NCBI GenBank assembly: GCA_963631545.1 | Contig: CAVGRN010000005.1 | Span: 2,425-66,424 of the forward strand | Reading direction: 5' to 3' | Source: Paludibacteraceae bacterium | Lineage (GTDB): Bacteria > Bacteroidota > Bacteroidia > Bacteroidales > Paludibacteraceae | Length of the DNA: 64,000 bases | Shown here: one piece after another, positions 38,515 through 46,764 of the stretch | Layout: each line of letters begins with the position of its first letter | Numbering within the stretch: position 1 is the stretch's first letter | Program-made: the position numbers and the translations under genes | Notes under the pieces: model-generated | The model's input: only the letters and a program-made list of their open reading frames with translations | The model's database searches: none | What the model was told of the DNA's origin: nothing

Positions 38515-39276
38515 ATGACAAAATTTGATTTTATGAGGAACATTGCTACTGTAGGAAGCCTTGCCTTAACCCTTTTGTTGTCTATTGTTGCGTGTACGGA
38601 GGAGGAGTATGATTTCGACACTCTTTCCACCGATAGTCTGACAACGACGACAGCCTTGGAAGCCCCAATCGGGAAAGTAAACATCACTGTTGAGGATATT
38701 TTTCTCCACAGAAGTTCTAAAGGAACGTTCAATATCGGGACGCAAGAGTATAACCTTTCTGATTTTGTGATAGGCGATGAAGTGCCACTTCCCGCCTATG
38801 TTGATTTTTCATCAGATGTAACCTCGATCGACTCGCTTACGGAAGTTGGATTTGATGATGTTTTTGGAGAGGAAAACATCATTGATTCACTCTATGGTGT
38901 TGTGTTGAATTTCGAGATTTACAATGAAATTCCTTTTAACGGAGTGGTGGAAATACGTTTTATGCGCGACATCGTGGAGGAGGTGTTTGGTGAAGGCGAG
39001 GTTTCTATGCTTTACGAAGAAAAATCACTGAGGCGAAGCATCGAAGTGGGAGCCTCCAATTATGACCCAACAACCAAAAAACTGATAAACGGTACGAAGA
39101 GTAAAGCGTCCGTTGAATTTGACGGGTCGGCCAATGAGGCGTTGAGTAAAATCACCCAGATCGATATGGTTTACCGCCTTTATGCCAATAAATCGGAAGT
39201 CTTTCTTGAAAAAGATTACCACATAGATATTAAAGTGTCGGCTTATGCCAAAGCCAGACTGATTTACGCCGAATAA
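38515..39276 (+). CDS. Hypothetical lipoprotein
   Basis: 253-aa ORF with lipobox LLLSIVACTEE. Acidic, beta-rich composition. No family recognised. Confidence 0.65.
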   Translation: MTKFDFMRNIATVGSLALTLLLSIVACTEEEYDFDTLSTDSLTTTTALEAPIGKVNITVEDIFLHRSSKGTFNIGTQEYNLSDFVIGDEVPLPAYVDFSSDVTSIDSLTEVGFDDVFGEENIIDSLYGVVLNFEIYNEIPFNGVVEIRFMRDIVEEVFGEGEVSMLYEEKSLRRSIEVGASNYDPTTKKLINGTKSKASVEFDGSANEALSKITQIDMVYRLYANKSEVFLEKDYHIDIKVSAYAKARLIYAE

Positions 39277-39344
39277 AATATGTTTTACATTAATATGAAC
39301 GGAGAAACCACTCTTTGTGAATTTTTGAACTACTGATTTGAATA

Positions 39345-41711
39345 ATGAAAAGAATATTTTTTACTAAGATAGGAATTGTTTTGTGTATGGTGCTTTGCCC
39401 TCTTTTTACATACGCACAATTCAGTAATACATTGTATTTCAATAAGTACAATCCTCGTCAGCATAAAGTCAATCCGGCTATTATGCCCGAGGGGCGTTGC
39501 TATGTGGGTTTCCCCGCACTCTCTACGTTTGCATTTTCGGCAGGGAACAGTAACTTTGCCTTCAACAATATTTTCAAGAATGTAACGATAGACGGAGAGA
39601 AAAGAATGGTGCTGCCATTTGACAAGTCGGCTGGCGATATGTCTGATTTCCTTAACAATATCGGTCATAAGGAGCGGATTTTCACTGCATACCAACTCGA
39701 CATTATCGATTTCGGATTCCGCACGCGCCGCAACTCCTACCTCACCTTCAACATCGCCAACCGTATGGAAACAATGGTTATCATACCAAGGCAGATTCCC
39801 GAATTGGTCTTCAAGGGAATGAAAAAAGGTAAGGATTATGACTTTAACATCGACCGCTTGTCGGTAGATGCCTCCATATTCTCGCAAGTTGCCGTTGGCT
39901 ATGCGAAACCAGTAACCGACCGACTGACGGTTGCTGCCACCCTCAAATACCTTTACGGACACGCCAATGTTTCCACCGATTTCAGCGACCTGCAGATTGA
40001 AGCGAATGGTGAGCAGTGGGCGATTAAAGGCGATGCCTACTTGCGCACTTCCGTGCCATGCCTGCGGTTTATACCAAATGAAGATAATCAAATTGAGGAA
40101 GTGGATACTGAATTGGATGGCTCGCTTTCGCAGATTTTCAAACCGCAGGGCCATGGTGCCGCATTGGATTTGGGTGTAACCTACCAGTTACTGCCACAGT
40201 TGCAACTTTCAGCCAGCTTGGTTGATTTAGGATTCATACATTGGAAAAATAATTTGTCTGGTCTGAATAAAACGAACGACTTCGTCTACACCGGTGTCGA
40301 ATACGACATTAAAGAGGACGAAGACAATGAGGAAGAAGAGGAGGAAAATGTATGGGATGAATATCTTGACCAGTTGGAGAATATGTATGAGGTGACGGAA
40401 TCGCCTAAGGCCTACAATACTTCACTGACAACAAAGTTGCATTTGGGTGCGGAATACTCATTCTGGAAAGACCGTTTGGGTTTAGGCGTTTTATCTAAAA
40501 CCTATTTCTTCCGCCGCAATGTGTGGGAAGAATTCTCTTTCTCCGCAAGCTTCCGCCCTTGCAAACAATTCTCGTTGGCATTGACTTATGGAATGTTTGA
40601 TAGGAAGTGGAACAGCCTTGGCGCAGGCGTGAACTTTAACCTTGGCGCATTAAACTTAAACTTCGCAGTGGACAATATTCCATTTAAATATGGCACATCT
40701 GGTGATGTGAAATTCCCGACTACGAAGAGCGGTGTGCGCGCCATTGTTGGTATCGCATTTATGTTCAGATACAAAACACCTAAGGACGAGGATGGCGATG
40801 GCGTGATCGACAAAGAAGACCTTTGCCCAGGCACTCCTGCTGGTGTAGAAGTTGATTCTGTAGGCTGTCCAAAGGATTCTGACGGCGACGGCGTGCCTGA
40901 TTATATCGACCAATGTCCGAACACACCAAAAGAGGCATATAATTCTATCGATACGTTGGGTTGCCCAATTGACACAGACGGTGACGGCGTGCCAGATTAT
41001 CTTGATCAATGTCCGGAAACTCCGCAAGCAGCGTTTGGTGCAATTGATTCGTTGGGTTGCCCTAAGGATTCTGACGGCGACGGTGTGCCAGACTATATCG
41101 ACCAATGTCCGAACACACCAAAAGAGGCATACAATTTTATCGATACGTTGGGTTGCCCAATTGACACAGACGGTGACGGTGTGCCAGATTACCTTGATCA
41201 ATGTCCGGAAACTCCGCAAGCAGCGTTTGGTGCAATTGATTCGTTGGGTTGCCCTAAGGATACGGACGGCGACGGTGTGCCAGACTATATGGATAAATGC
41301 CCTGAAATCCCAGGAGTGAAGTCAAACGATGGCTGCCCAGAAATTAAAGCAGCCGTGAAGAAACTCTTCAAAAAAGCGTTGAACGGAATCCAATTTGAGG
41401 TGGGCAAGGCTGTCATAAAAAAGACATCATACGGTATTCTTAACGAGATAGTCAAAGTGATGGAGGAGAATCCAACCTACAAACTGAATATCTTCGGCCA
41501 TACCGACTCTTCTGGAAAACCTGAGAAGAACAAAGTTCTTTCCGAAGATCGTGCTAATTCAGTTCGCCAGTACCTTATCAAGAAGGGAGTGGACGAAAAC
41601 AGGCTTTATTCAGAGGGATTTGGCGACACGAAACCAGTTGCAGACAACAAAACAAAGGCTGGCAAGGCGAAGAACCGCCGTGTTGAGTTTGAAGTAGAGT
41701 ATTTGCAATAA
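39345..41711 (+). CDS. Outer-membrane protein: N-terminal beta-barrel (DUF5723/PorP-like) + thrombospondin type-3 Ca-binding repeats + OmpA C-terminal peptidoglycan-binding domain
   Basis: 788-aa ORF with signal peptide VLCPLFTYAQ. An N-terminal ~470 aa barrel-like region contains an acidic insert (EDEDNEEEEEEN). At least six DxDxDGVPDxxDxCP units follow. The OmpA_C domain reads GHTDSSGKPEKNKVLSEDRANSVRQYL...NRRVEFEV. Confidence 0.85.
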   Translation: MKRIFFTKIGIVLCMVLCPLFTYAQFSNTLYFNKYNPRQHKVNPAIMPEGRCYVGFPALSTFAFSAGNSNFAFNNIFKNVTIDGEKRMVLPFDKSAGDMSDFLNNIGHKERIFTAYQLDIIDFGFRTRRNSYLTFNIANRMETMVIIPRQIPELVFKGMKKGKDYDFNIDRLSVDASIFSQVAVGYAKPVTDRLTVAATLKYLYGHANVSTDFSDLQIEANGEQWAIKGDAYLRTSVPCLRFIPNEDNQIEEVDTELDGSLSQIFKPQGHGAALDLGVTYQLLPQLQLSASLVDLGFIHWKNNLSGLNKTNDFVYTGVEYDIKEDEDNEEEEEENVWDEYLDQLENMYEVTESPKAYNTSLTTKLHLGAEYSFWKDRLGLGVLSKTYFFRRNVWEEFSFSASFRPCKQFSLALTYGMFDRKWNSLGAGVNFNLGALNLNFAVDNIPFKYGTSGDVKFPTTKSGVRAIVGIAFMFRYKTPKDEDGDGVIDKEDLCPGTPAGVEVDSVGCPKDSDGDGVPDYIDQCPNTPKEAYNSIDTLGCPIDTDGDGVPDYLDQCPETPQAAFGAIDSLGCPKDSDGDGVPDYIDQCPNTPKEAYNFIDTLGCPIDTDGDGVPDYLDQCPETPQAAFGAIDSLGCPKDTDGDGVPDYMDKCPEIPGVKSNDGCPEIKAAVKKLFKKALNGIQFEVGKAVIKKTSYGILNEIVKVMEENPTYKLNIFGHTDSSGKPEKNKVLSEDRANSVRQYLIKKGVDENRLYSEGFGDTKPVADNKTKAGKAKNRRVEFEVEYLQ
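40872..41300 (+). repeat. In-frame tandem duplication, period 192 bp (two full copies plus a partial third) within the TSP3 region
   Basis: Copy 1 (40872-41063) and copy 2 (41064-41255) differ at 7 of 192 positions by my count, and 6 of those are synonymous. The third copy matches for about 36 nt from 41256 and then diverges. Confidence 0.95.
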
Positions 41712-41715
41712 TCTA

Positions 41716-41765
41716 TTAGTCAACGGCTTATTTATCCTTAAAAGAAAAAATGAGCCGTTGACTAA
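41716..41765 (+). terminator. Long hairpin after the OmpA-family gene
   Basis: ttagtcaacggct (41716-41728) pairs perfectly with agccgttgactaa (41753-41765). It is followed by an A-run rather than a T-run on the plus strand, so classical terminator function is uncertain. Confidence 0.45.
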
Positions 41766-41782
41766 AAAAAACAAATGGTGGA

Positions 41783-41814
41783 TTTGGCATTTACAAAAAT
41801 GAATGATACATTTG
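41783..41814 (+). promoter_or_regulatory. Full-consensus Bacteroides promoter for tRNA-His (TTTG-N20-TACATTTG)
   Basis: TTTG at 41783-41786, a 20-nt spacer, and TACATTTG at 41807-41814. The mature tRNA starts 16 nt downstream. Confidence 0.6.
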
Positions 41815-41829
41815 CACCGCAAATTTGAT

Positions 41830-41907
41830 GGTGGAAGTAGCTCAGTTGGTTAGAGTATCAGATTGTGGTCCTGAGGGTCGTGGGTTCGATCCCCATCTTC
41901 CACCCCA
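41830..41907 (+). tRNA. tRNA-His (anticodon GTG) with genome-encoded G-1 and CCA
   Basis: Hand-folded cloverleaf. G-1 (41830) lies opposite discriminator C73. Acceptor GTGGAAG/CTTCCAC, D arm GCTC/GAGT, anticodon loop TTGTGGT, T arm GTGGG-TTCGATC-CCCAT, then CCA at 41905-41907. Confidence 0.93.
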
Positions 41908-41917
41908 AAAGAGAGAA

Positions 41918-41947
41918 AGCCGCATTCCTAAGGAGTGTGGCTTTTTT
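41918..41947 (+). terminator. Intrinsic terminator after tRNA-His
   Basis: An 11-bp stem, agccgcattcc / ggagtgtggct (two G.U pairs), is followed by tttttt. Confidence 0.6.
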
Positions 41948-41971
41948 GCTTCCAATTTTCCACTCTATTAT

Positions 41972-43252
41972 ATGATGAAAAATAAACCAGTTTCGCCTTG
42001 GGCGTGGGTCCCAACGCTCTACTTTGCGGAGGGAATACCATACGTGATTGCTGCCACCACCTTTGCGGTGATTATGTATAAAAACCTTGGGTTATCCAAT
42101 ACCGAGGCGGCTTTTTACACAAGCTGGCTTTATTTGCCGTGGGTGATTAAACCATTTTGGAGTCCGATTGTCGACACGCTGAAAACCAAACGCTGGTGGA
42201 TTTTGCTGACGCAGTTGTTGATTGGTGCGGGACTTGCTGGCGTTGCGTTCTGCATCCCGACAAGCCATTTCCTGCAATCCACTTTATGTCTTTTGTGGTT
42301 GGTCGCATTCAGTTCTGCTACACACGATATCTCGGCAGACGGATTCTATATGCTGGCGTTGGATGAGCAACGGCAGTCGCTCTTTGTAGGTATCCGCAGC
42401 ACTTTTTATAGAATTTCCATGATTACAGGTCAGGGTCTGTTGGTTTATCTCGCCGGTTTTTTGGAGCGACATACAGACAATGTGCCGTACGCTTGGAGCA
42501 TTACAATTATGGTGGCAGCAGGATTTTTCTTGCTTATTTTCGCCTACCATTTCGTGATTCTTCCGAAGCCGACTGCCGATATTGCATTGACGCAGAAAGG
42601 AGAAGATGTTGTCAAAGGTTTCTTTGTTTCGTTTGGCTCTTTTTTTAGGAAGCAAAATGTGGCAGTATCGCTTGCTTTCATTTTGTTGTACAGGTTGGGC
42701 GAGGCTTTGTTGGTAAAAATCGCCTCACCTTTTTTGTTGGATAGCGTGGATGTGGGAGGATTGGAACTTAGCACGGAGAGGGTCGGTATCGTCTATGGGA
42801 CGGTTGGTGTGCTGGCACTTACGTTGGGCGGAATTTTGGGTGGTATTGTCGTTTCTCGTCAAGGGCTGAAGCGTTGGCTTTGGCCGATGGTTTTCAGTAT
42901 GAATTTGCCTAACCTGTTGTATGTCTATATGGCGTTTGAACAGCCATCAAGTTTTATATTGGTGAATGTTTTAGTGGCGATAGAGCAGTTTGGCTACGGC
43001 TTCGGGTTCACCGCGTTTATGCTTTATCTGATTTATATTTCGAGAGGGGCGGCGCAAACTTCGCATTACGCTATTTGCACGGGTTTTATGGCGTTGGGGA
43101 TGATGTTACCCGGTATGGTGGCGGGGTGGTTGCAAGAGTCGCTCGGCTATTTGTTCTTTTTTATTCTTGTTTGCATTTGCACCATTCCGGGATTTCTCTT
43201 GGCAAAAATGTTGGTGATTGAGGATGATTTCGGGCGGAGGAAGAACACCTGA
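41972..43252 (+). CDS. ampG: AmpG-family muropeptide/MFS permease
   Basis: 426 aa from MMKNKPVSPWAWVPTLYFAEGIPYVI, with about 12 TM segments. The ORF-track start at 41825 reads through the tRNA-His gene and was discarded. Confidence 0.8.
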   Translation: MMKNKPVSPWAWVPTLYFAEGIPYVIAATTFAVIMYKNLGLSNTEAAFYTSWLYLPWVIKPFWSPIVDTLKTKRWWILLTQLLIGAGLAGVAFCIPTSHFLQSTLCLLWLVAFSSATHDISADGFYMLALDEQRQSLFVGIRSTFYRISMITGQGLLVYLAGFLERHTDNVPYAWSITIMVAAGFFLLIFAYHFVILPKPTADIALTQKGEDVVKGFFVSFGSFFRKQNVAVSLAFILLYRLGEALLVKIASPFLLDSVDVGGLELSTERVGIVYGTVGVLALTLGGILGGIVVSRQGLKRWLWPMVFSMNLPNLLYVYMAFEQPSSFILVNVLVAIEQFGYGFGFTAFMLYLIYISRGAAQTSHYAICTGFMALGMMLPGMVAGWLQESLGYLFFFILVCICTIPGFLLAKMLVIEDDFGRRKNT

Positions 43253-43259
43253 ATATTAC

Positions 43260-43293
43260 AAAAAAGTAAGCCCCCGAAAGGAGGCTCACTTTT
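43260..43293. terminator. Bidirectional terminator in the convergent ampG / U32 gap, stronger on the minus strand
   Basis: On the minus strand, GUGAGCCUCC-UUUC-GGGGGCUUAC forms 10 bp (two G.U) followed by UUUUUU. On the plus strand the same stem has two A.C mismatches and is followed by only tttt. Confidence 0.65.
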
Positions 43294-43338
43294 CAATAGA
43301 AAACCATAAAATCTTATAAGCACACAGGTTTCACAACC
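43260..43338 (-). ncRNA. Candidate small RNA (~80 nt) or independently promoted 3' UTR fragment
   Basis: It is delimited by the full-consensus promoter at 43345-43376 (minus) and the minus-strand terminator at 43260-43289. It contains no meaningful ORF. This is a prediction only. Confidence 0.3.
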
Positions 43339-43344
43339 GTATTG

Positions 43345-43376
43345 CAAATGTACGCCTATTATTTATTAGTTACAAA
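43345..43376 (-). promoter_or_regulatory. Orphan full-consensus Bacteroides promoter (TTTG-N20-TACATTTG) in a convergent intergenic region
   Basis: The minus strand reads TTTG (43376-43373), the 20-nt spacer taactaataaataataggcg, and TACATTTG (43352-43345). There is no CDS downstream before the terminator. Confidence 0.45.
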
Positions 43377-43423
43377 CATTTGAAAGTCTATTTTTCGAAA
43401 AAGGACATTATTTAAGAATCTTT

Positions 43424-45241
43424 TTACTTTTTCTTAACCACCATTTCGCAATTTGCGCAATCAAATGATAGGAGTAGTTCCTTTCCCATGTTGGTGGTGA
43501 GTATGAAGGGCTGATGCCTCTCTTTCCCTCCTTGTTGCTTTGTGCAGTAACCTAACGAATAGGCGATGCAGTGTTTGCAACGCATCAGCTCTGCGTTGTC
43601 GTCTCGTTGTGATTCAAATGACTTTTGAATTTCGGTAACCTGATGTTCTTTAAAGAACTTTTCCGCCAAGGGGTTATGTACGTTCCCTTTGTACGAAAGG
43701 ACTCTGAGAGGGTAGGGGTGACTCGTTTTGGGAAATGCCAAAGAAGATTTCACCCGATTCTGACTGCGTTCTTCTTCCAACTTTTGTATCAATGTCCTTC
43801 TCACTTCTGCCAACTGGGCGGACGGAAAGAAATAGGTGTTTTCTGTTGCAAAACTTACACTTGAGACGTTGAAAATCGTATCTCCGCACTTGCTAAGTAT
43901 GCGTGTGGTGTTCTCAATCTGCCTTGTAATGTCTTGTGCCAATTGTTTTTCTGTTTCAAGTTTGTGGGTTGCCACATTTCCATCTTCGTCTTTTACTTTG
44001 AAAAGGAATCCGTTGACAGACTCTTGCACTTCAATTTGAATTGCGATTCTTCTGTCTGCGCTTTTCTTTTTCAGTTCCCGCTCAAATGTTTGGTCAAAAT
44101 TTCGGTAGACAATGGTTCCCGGGCGGATAAAGATTTTTTCGGAAGGGAAGATTTCGTTGCCGTCTACGGTGTTTGCCTTGAATCCAGAAAATTGGCGATT
44201 TTCTGTGATATAGCAGAATCCATCTCCGTTATGAAGCGATTTTTCTGTATCGATTACAATGCTTTTCCCGTTGCTTGATTTTACACTTCCGACGATTTCA
44301 CCTAATGATTTTGGCGTGTCGAACGAAGTAATATTGGGTGTCCGCTTATGCAGAAAATAGTCTGTTGAGCCTCGGTGGAAACTCTTCTCCACATTGGGTA
44401 TAAATGTGTACTGGCAGTGTCCTGAACTGGCTTTCTGATATTCGTTAGATCCCTCTAATATGGCGTCGAGTCGTTGCCGATAGTAGGCTGTAACATTCTT
44501 TACATAGTCCACATCCTTCAGTCTGCCTTCAATCTTCAACGAAGATACGCCGGCATCGATAAGTTCTTCCAACGAGTTGGACAGGTTCATATCTTTGAGC
44601 GATAGTAGGTATCGATCTTTCTCCAAGATCTTGCCTTGAGCGTCTTTGAGCGTGTAGGGCAGTCGGCAAGGTTGGGCGCAGACGCCGCGGTTGGCACTCC
44701 GTCCGCAGAGGCTTTGGCTTAGGTAGCACTGCCCGCTGTAGCTGACGCACAATGCGCCATGGACGAAAAATTCCAACTTCACCTTTGTATTCCTGCTGAT
44801 ATCACGGATTTGCTCGATAGACAATTCCCGCGCAAGCACCACTTGCTCGAACCCGGCTTTTTCGAGGAACGACACTTTCTCGACATTTCGATTGTCCATT
44901 TGCGTGCTTGCATGCAGAGGGATGGGCGGCAAGTTGAGTTGCGTTATGCCGAAATCTTGGATGATGAGCGCATCCGTTCCGATATTGTATAATTGGTGGA
45001 TGATTTTTTCTGCCTCTTCCAATTCGGGCATAGTCAAAATGGTGTTGAGTGCCACATAGACCTTTGCGTAGTAGCGGTGAGCAAAGTTGATGAGTGATTC
45101 AATGTCGCCTATGCCGTTGGGCGCATTAGCGCGTGCGCTAAACTTGGGTGCGCCGATGTAAACCGCATCCGCACCATGGCTGATGGCTTCGATGCCGTGT
45201 TCGGCGGTTTTTGCAGGCGACAAGAGTTCTATTCGTCTCAT
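43424..45241 (-). CDS. U32-family peptidase-like protein (collagenase-like / RNA hydroxylation family)
   Basis: 605 aa from MRRIELLSPAKTAEHGIEAISHGADAVYIG. U32 signature EFFVHGALCVSYSGQCYLS. The start forms an ATGA overlap with the metA stop (45238-45241). Confidence 0.88.
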   Translation of the reverse strand: MRRIELLSPAKTAEHGIEAISHGADAVYIGAPKFSARANAPNGIGDIESLINFAHRYYAKVYVALNTILTMPELEEAEKIIHQLYNIGTDALIIQDFGITQLNLPPIPLHASTQMDNRNVEKVSFLEKAGFEQVVLARELSIEQIRDISRNTKVKLEFFVHGALCVSYSGQCYLSQSLCGRSANRGVCAQPCRLPYTLKDAQGKILEKDRYLLSLKDMNLSNSLEELIDAGVSSLKIEGRLKDVDYVKNVTAYYRQRLDAILEGSNEYQKASSGHCQYTFIPNVEKSFHRGSTDYFLHKRTPNITSFDTPKSLGEIVGSVKSSNGKSIVIDTEKSLHNGDGFCYITENRQFSGFKANTVDGNEIFPSEKIFIRPGTIVYRNFDQTFERELKKKSADRRIAIQIEVQESVNGFLFKVKDEDGNVATHKLETEKQLAQDITRQIENTTRILSKCGDTIFNVSSVSFATENTYFFPSAQLAEVRRTLIQKLEEERSQNRVKSSLAFPKTSHPYPLRVLSYKGNVHNPLAEKFFKEHQVTEIQKSFESQRDDNAELMRCKHCIAYSLGYCTKQQGGKERHQPFILTTNMGKELLLSFDCANCEMVVKKK

Positions 45242-46176
45242 TTTTCGCAATGGTCGTCGTTGCCGATTTCGTTGATGTTGTAGGGCGACTCTTGGTAAAC
45301 GAAGTAGTTGAGCCAGTTGACAAACAACAGGTTGGCATGGCACCTCCAGCGCACCACGGGCTTCTTGTCTGGGTCGTCATCCTGAAAGTAGTGTTTTGGA
45401 ATCTCTATAGGAAGTCCGTTTCCCTTATCGCGGAAATACTCATCGCGTAGGGTGTTGGGTCCGTATTCCGAATGTCCCATCACGAAGAACTCCCTTCCGT
45501 TTCTTGCTTCCACCATATACACGCCAGCCTCTTCTGACTCGGAAATCAGTTTCAAGTCCTTGTTCTTCAGAATATCCTCCCGTCGTACCTCTGTGTGTCG
45601 GCTATGTGGCACGAAAAACTCGTCATCGAACCCCCTGAAAATCGGGTTTTTAGGATCTGTTGTGATGTGTTTGAATACTCCGAACATCTTCTTATCCAAC
45701 TTATATTTTGGGATATTGTAGTGGTGGTACAAACCGGCTTGTGCCGCCCAACATATATATATTGTAGACTGCACATGGGAGCGGCTCCAGTCAAAAATCT
45801 CTTTGATTTCATCCCAATACGAAACCTCCTCGAAATCCATGTGTTCCAAGGGCGCACCTGTGATAATCATACCATCATACCGAGCGTCTTTTACAACATC
45901 AAAGTCTTTGTAGAACATTTTCATGTGTTCAATAGGCGTGTTTTTGGAGGTGTGGCTCTTAATCTTCATAAACTCCAATTCGATTTGAAGCGGAGAATTG
46001 GAGAGCAGGCGCACGAGATCCGTTTCCGTTGTGATTTTTAGCGGCATAAGGTTTAATACGATGATTTTCAACGGACGTATATCCTGATGGGAAGCGGAGG
46101 CACTGTCTTTGACGAAAATATTCTCGTTTTCAAGAGCCTTGATGGCGGGTAGGTTAGAAGGGATGTTTAATGGCAT
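45238..46176 (-). CDS. metA: Homoserine O-acyltransferase (MetA type)
   Basis: 312-aa ORF. Motifs: MPLNIPSNLPAIKALENENIFV, LKIIVLNLMP, active-site Cys region YICWAAQAGLYHHY, FFVPHSRHTEV. Confidence 0.93.
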   Translation of the reverse strand: MPLNIPSNLPAIKALENENIFVKDSASASHQDIRPLKIIVLNLMPLKITTETDLVRLLSNSPLQIELEFMKIKSHTSKNTPIEHMKMFYKDFDVVKDARYDGMIITGAPLEHMDFEEVSYWDEIKEIFDWSRSHVQSTIYICWAAQAGLYHHYNIPKYKLDKKMFGVFKHITTDPKNPIFRGFDDEFFVPHSRHTEVRREDILKNKDLKLISESEEAGVYMVEARNGREFFVMGHSEYGPNTLRDEYFRDKGNGLPIEIPKHYFQDDDPDKKPVVRWRCHANLLFVNWLNYFVYQESPYNINEIGNDDHCEK

Positions 46177-46209
46177 TCAGTAATTATTTTTACGAGTTTG
46201 ACTCGTTGG

Positions 46210-46217
46210 CAAAGATA
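46210..46217 (-). promoter_or_regulatory. Candidate -7 box (TATCTTTG) for metA-U32 operon
   Basis: The plus strand reads caaagata, an exact TAnnTTTG on the minus strand, 34 nt upstream of ATG 46176. Confidence 0.45.
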
Positions 46218-46283
46218 ATGCTTTTCGCTTGTTGGTTGATTCTCTTTTTGCCCCAATCTGATGATTGGAATTGATTTTTTAAC

Positions 46284-46291
46284 TATTTTTG
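46284..46291 (+). promoter_or_regulatory. Candidate -7 box (TATTTTTG) for ruvX
   Basis: Exact TAnnTTTG only 8 nt upstream of ATG 46300, which implies a leaderless or near-leaderless mRNA. Confidence 0.4.
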
Positions 46292-46299
46292 CGAATAAT

Positions 46300-46716
46300 A
46301 TGGGAAGATTGTTGGCAATAGACTATGGACGCAAGCGCGTGGGTATTGCAGTTACCGATCCGTTGCAGATTATTGCGAATGGGTTGTGTACTGTCGCATC
46401 TGGCGATGTGCTGACGTTCTTGGCAGAATATCTGTCCAAAGAGCAGGTCGATTGTTTCGTCGTGGGCTTGCCGAAAACAATGCGCAACGAAGAGTCTGAG
46501 TCTATGAAATACATAAAACCATTTGTCGCTGCGTTGCGGAAACGTTTCCCGACAATTCCAGTGGAAATGTTTGATGAACGTTTCACCTCCGTAATCGCAC
46601 ACAAAGCTATGTTAGACGGAGGATTGAAGAAGAAAGACAGACAAAACAAGTCGCTCGTCGACGAGTTGAGTGCGACAATCATTCTTCAATCTTATATGGA
46701 GTCAAAAAGAATTTGA
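46300..46716 (+). CDS. ruvX: Holliday junction resolvase-like / pre-16S rRNA nuclease RuvX (YqgF)
   Basis: 138 aa from MGRLLAIDYGRKRVGIAVTD, the canonical YqgF N-terminus, plus DERFTS. The ORF-track start at 46261 is upstream of the -7 box. Confidence 0.9.
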   Translation: MGRLLAIDYGRKRVGIAVTDPLQIIANGLCTVASGDVLTFLAEYLSKEQVDCFVVGLPKTMRNEESESMKYIKPFVAALRKRFPTIPVEMFDERFTSVIAHKAMLDGGLKKKDRQNKSLVDELSATIILQSYMESKRI

Positions 46717-46764
46717 AACTCAATGGTTTTCAAGACCATTGAAAATAAATAAAAGAAGCAGAAG

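Noticed and set aside
39330-41219. Minus-strand ORFs 39330-40154 (274 aa) and 40656-41219 (187 aa)
   Set aside because: Both are antisense to the barrel-TSP3-OmpA gene. The second merely mirrors the tandem repeat, so its repetitive sequence is an artefact of the sense-strand TSP3 repeats.
41825-41971. N-terminal 49 codons of ORF-track ORF 41825-43252 (MMVEVAQLVRVSDCGPEGRGFDPHLPP...)
   Set aside because: This stretch is the translation of the tRNA-His gene and its terminator. The AmpG-like protein begins at ATG 41972 (MMKNKPVSPWAW).
46177-46299. Possible SAM riboswitch upstream of metA
   Set aside because: The -7 box leaves a leader of only about 30 nt. I see no S-box or SAM-II-like conserved strings.
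46720-46742. 8-bp hairpin tcaatggt / accattga between ruvX and def as a terminator
   Set aside because: It is followed by an A-rich sequence with no U-tract. The ruvX-def gap is only 48 nt, so read-through into def is more likely. It may simply be an mRNA structure.
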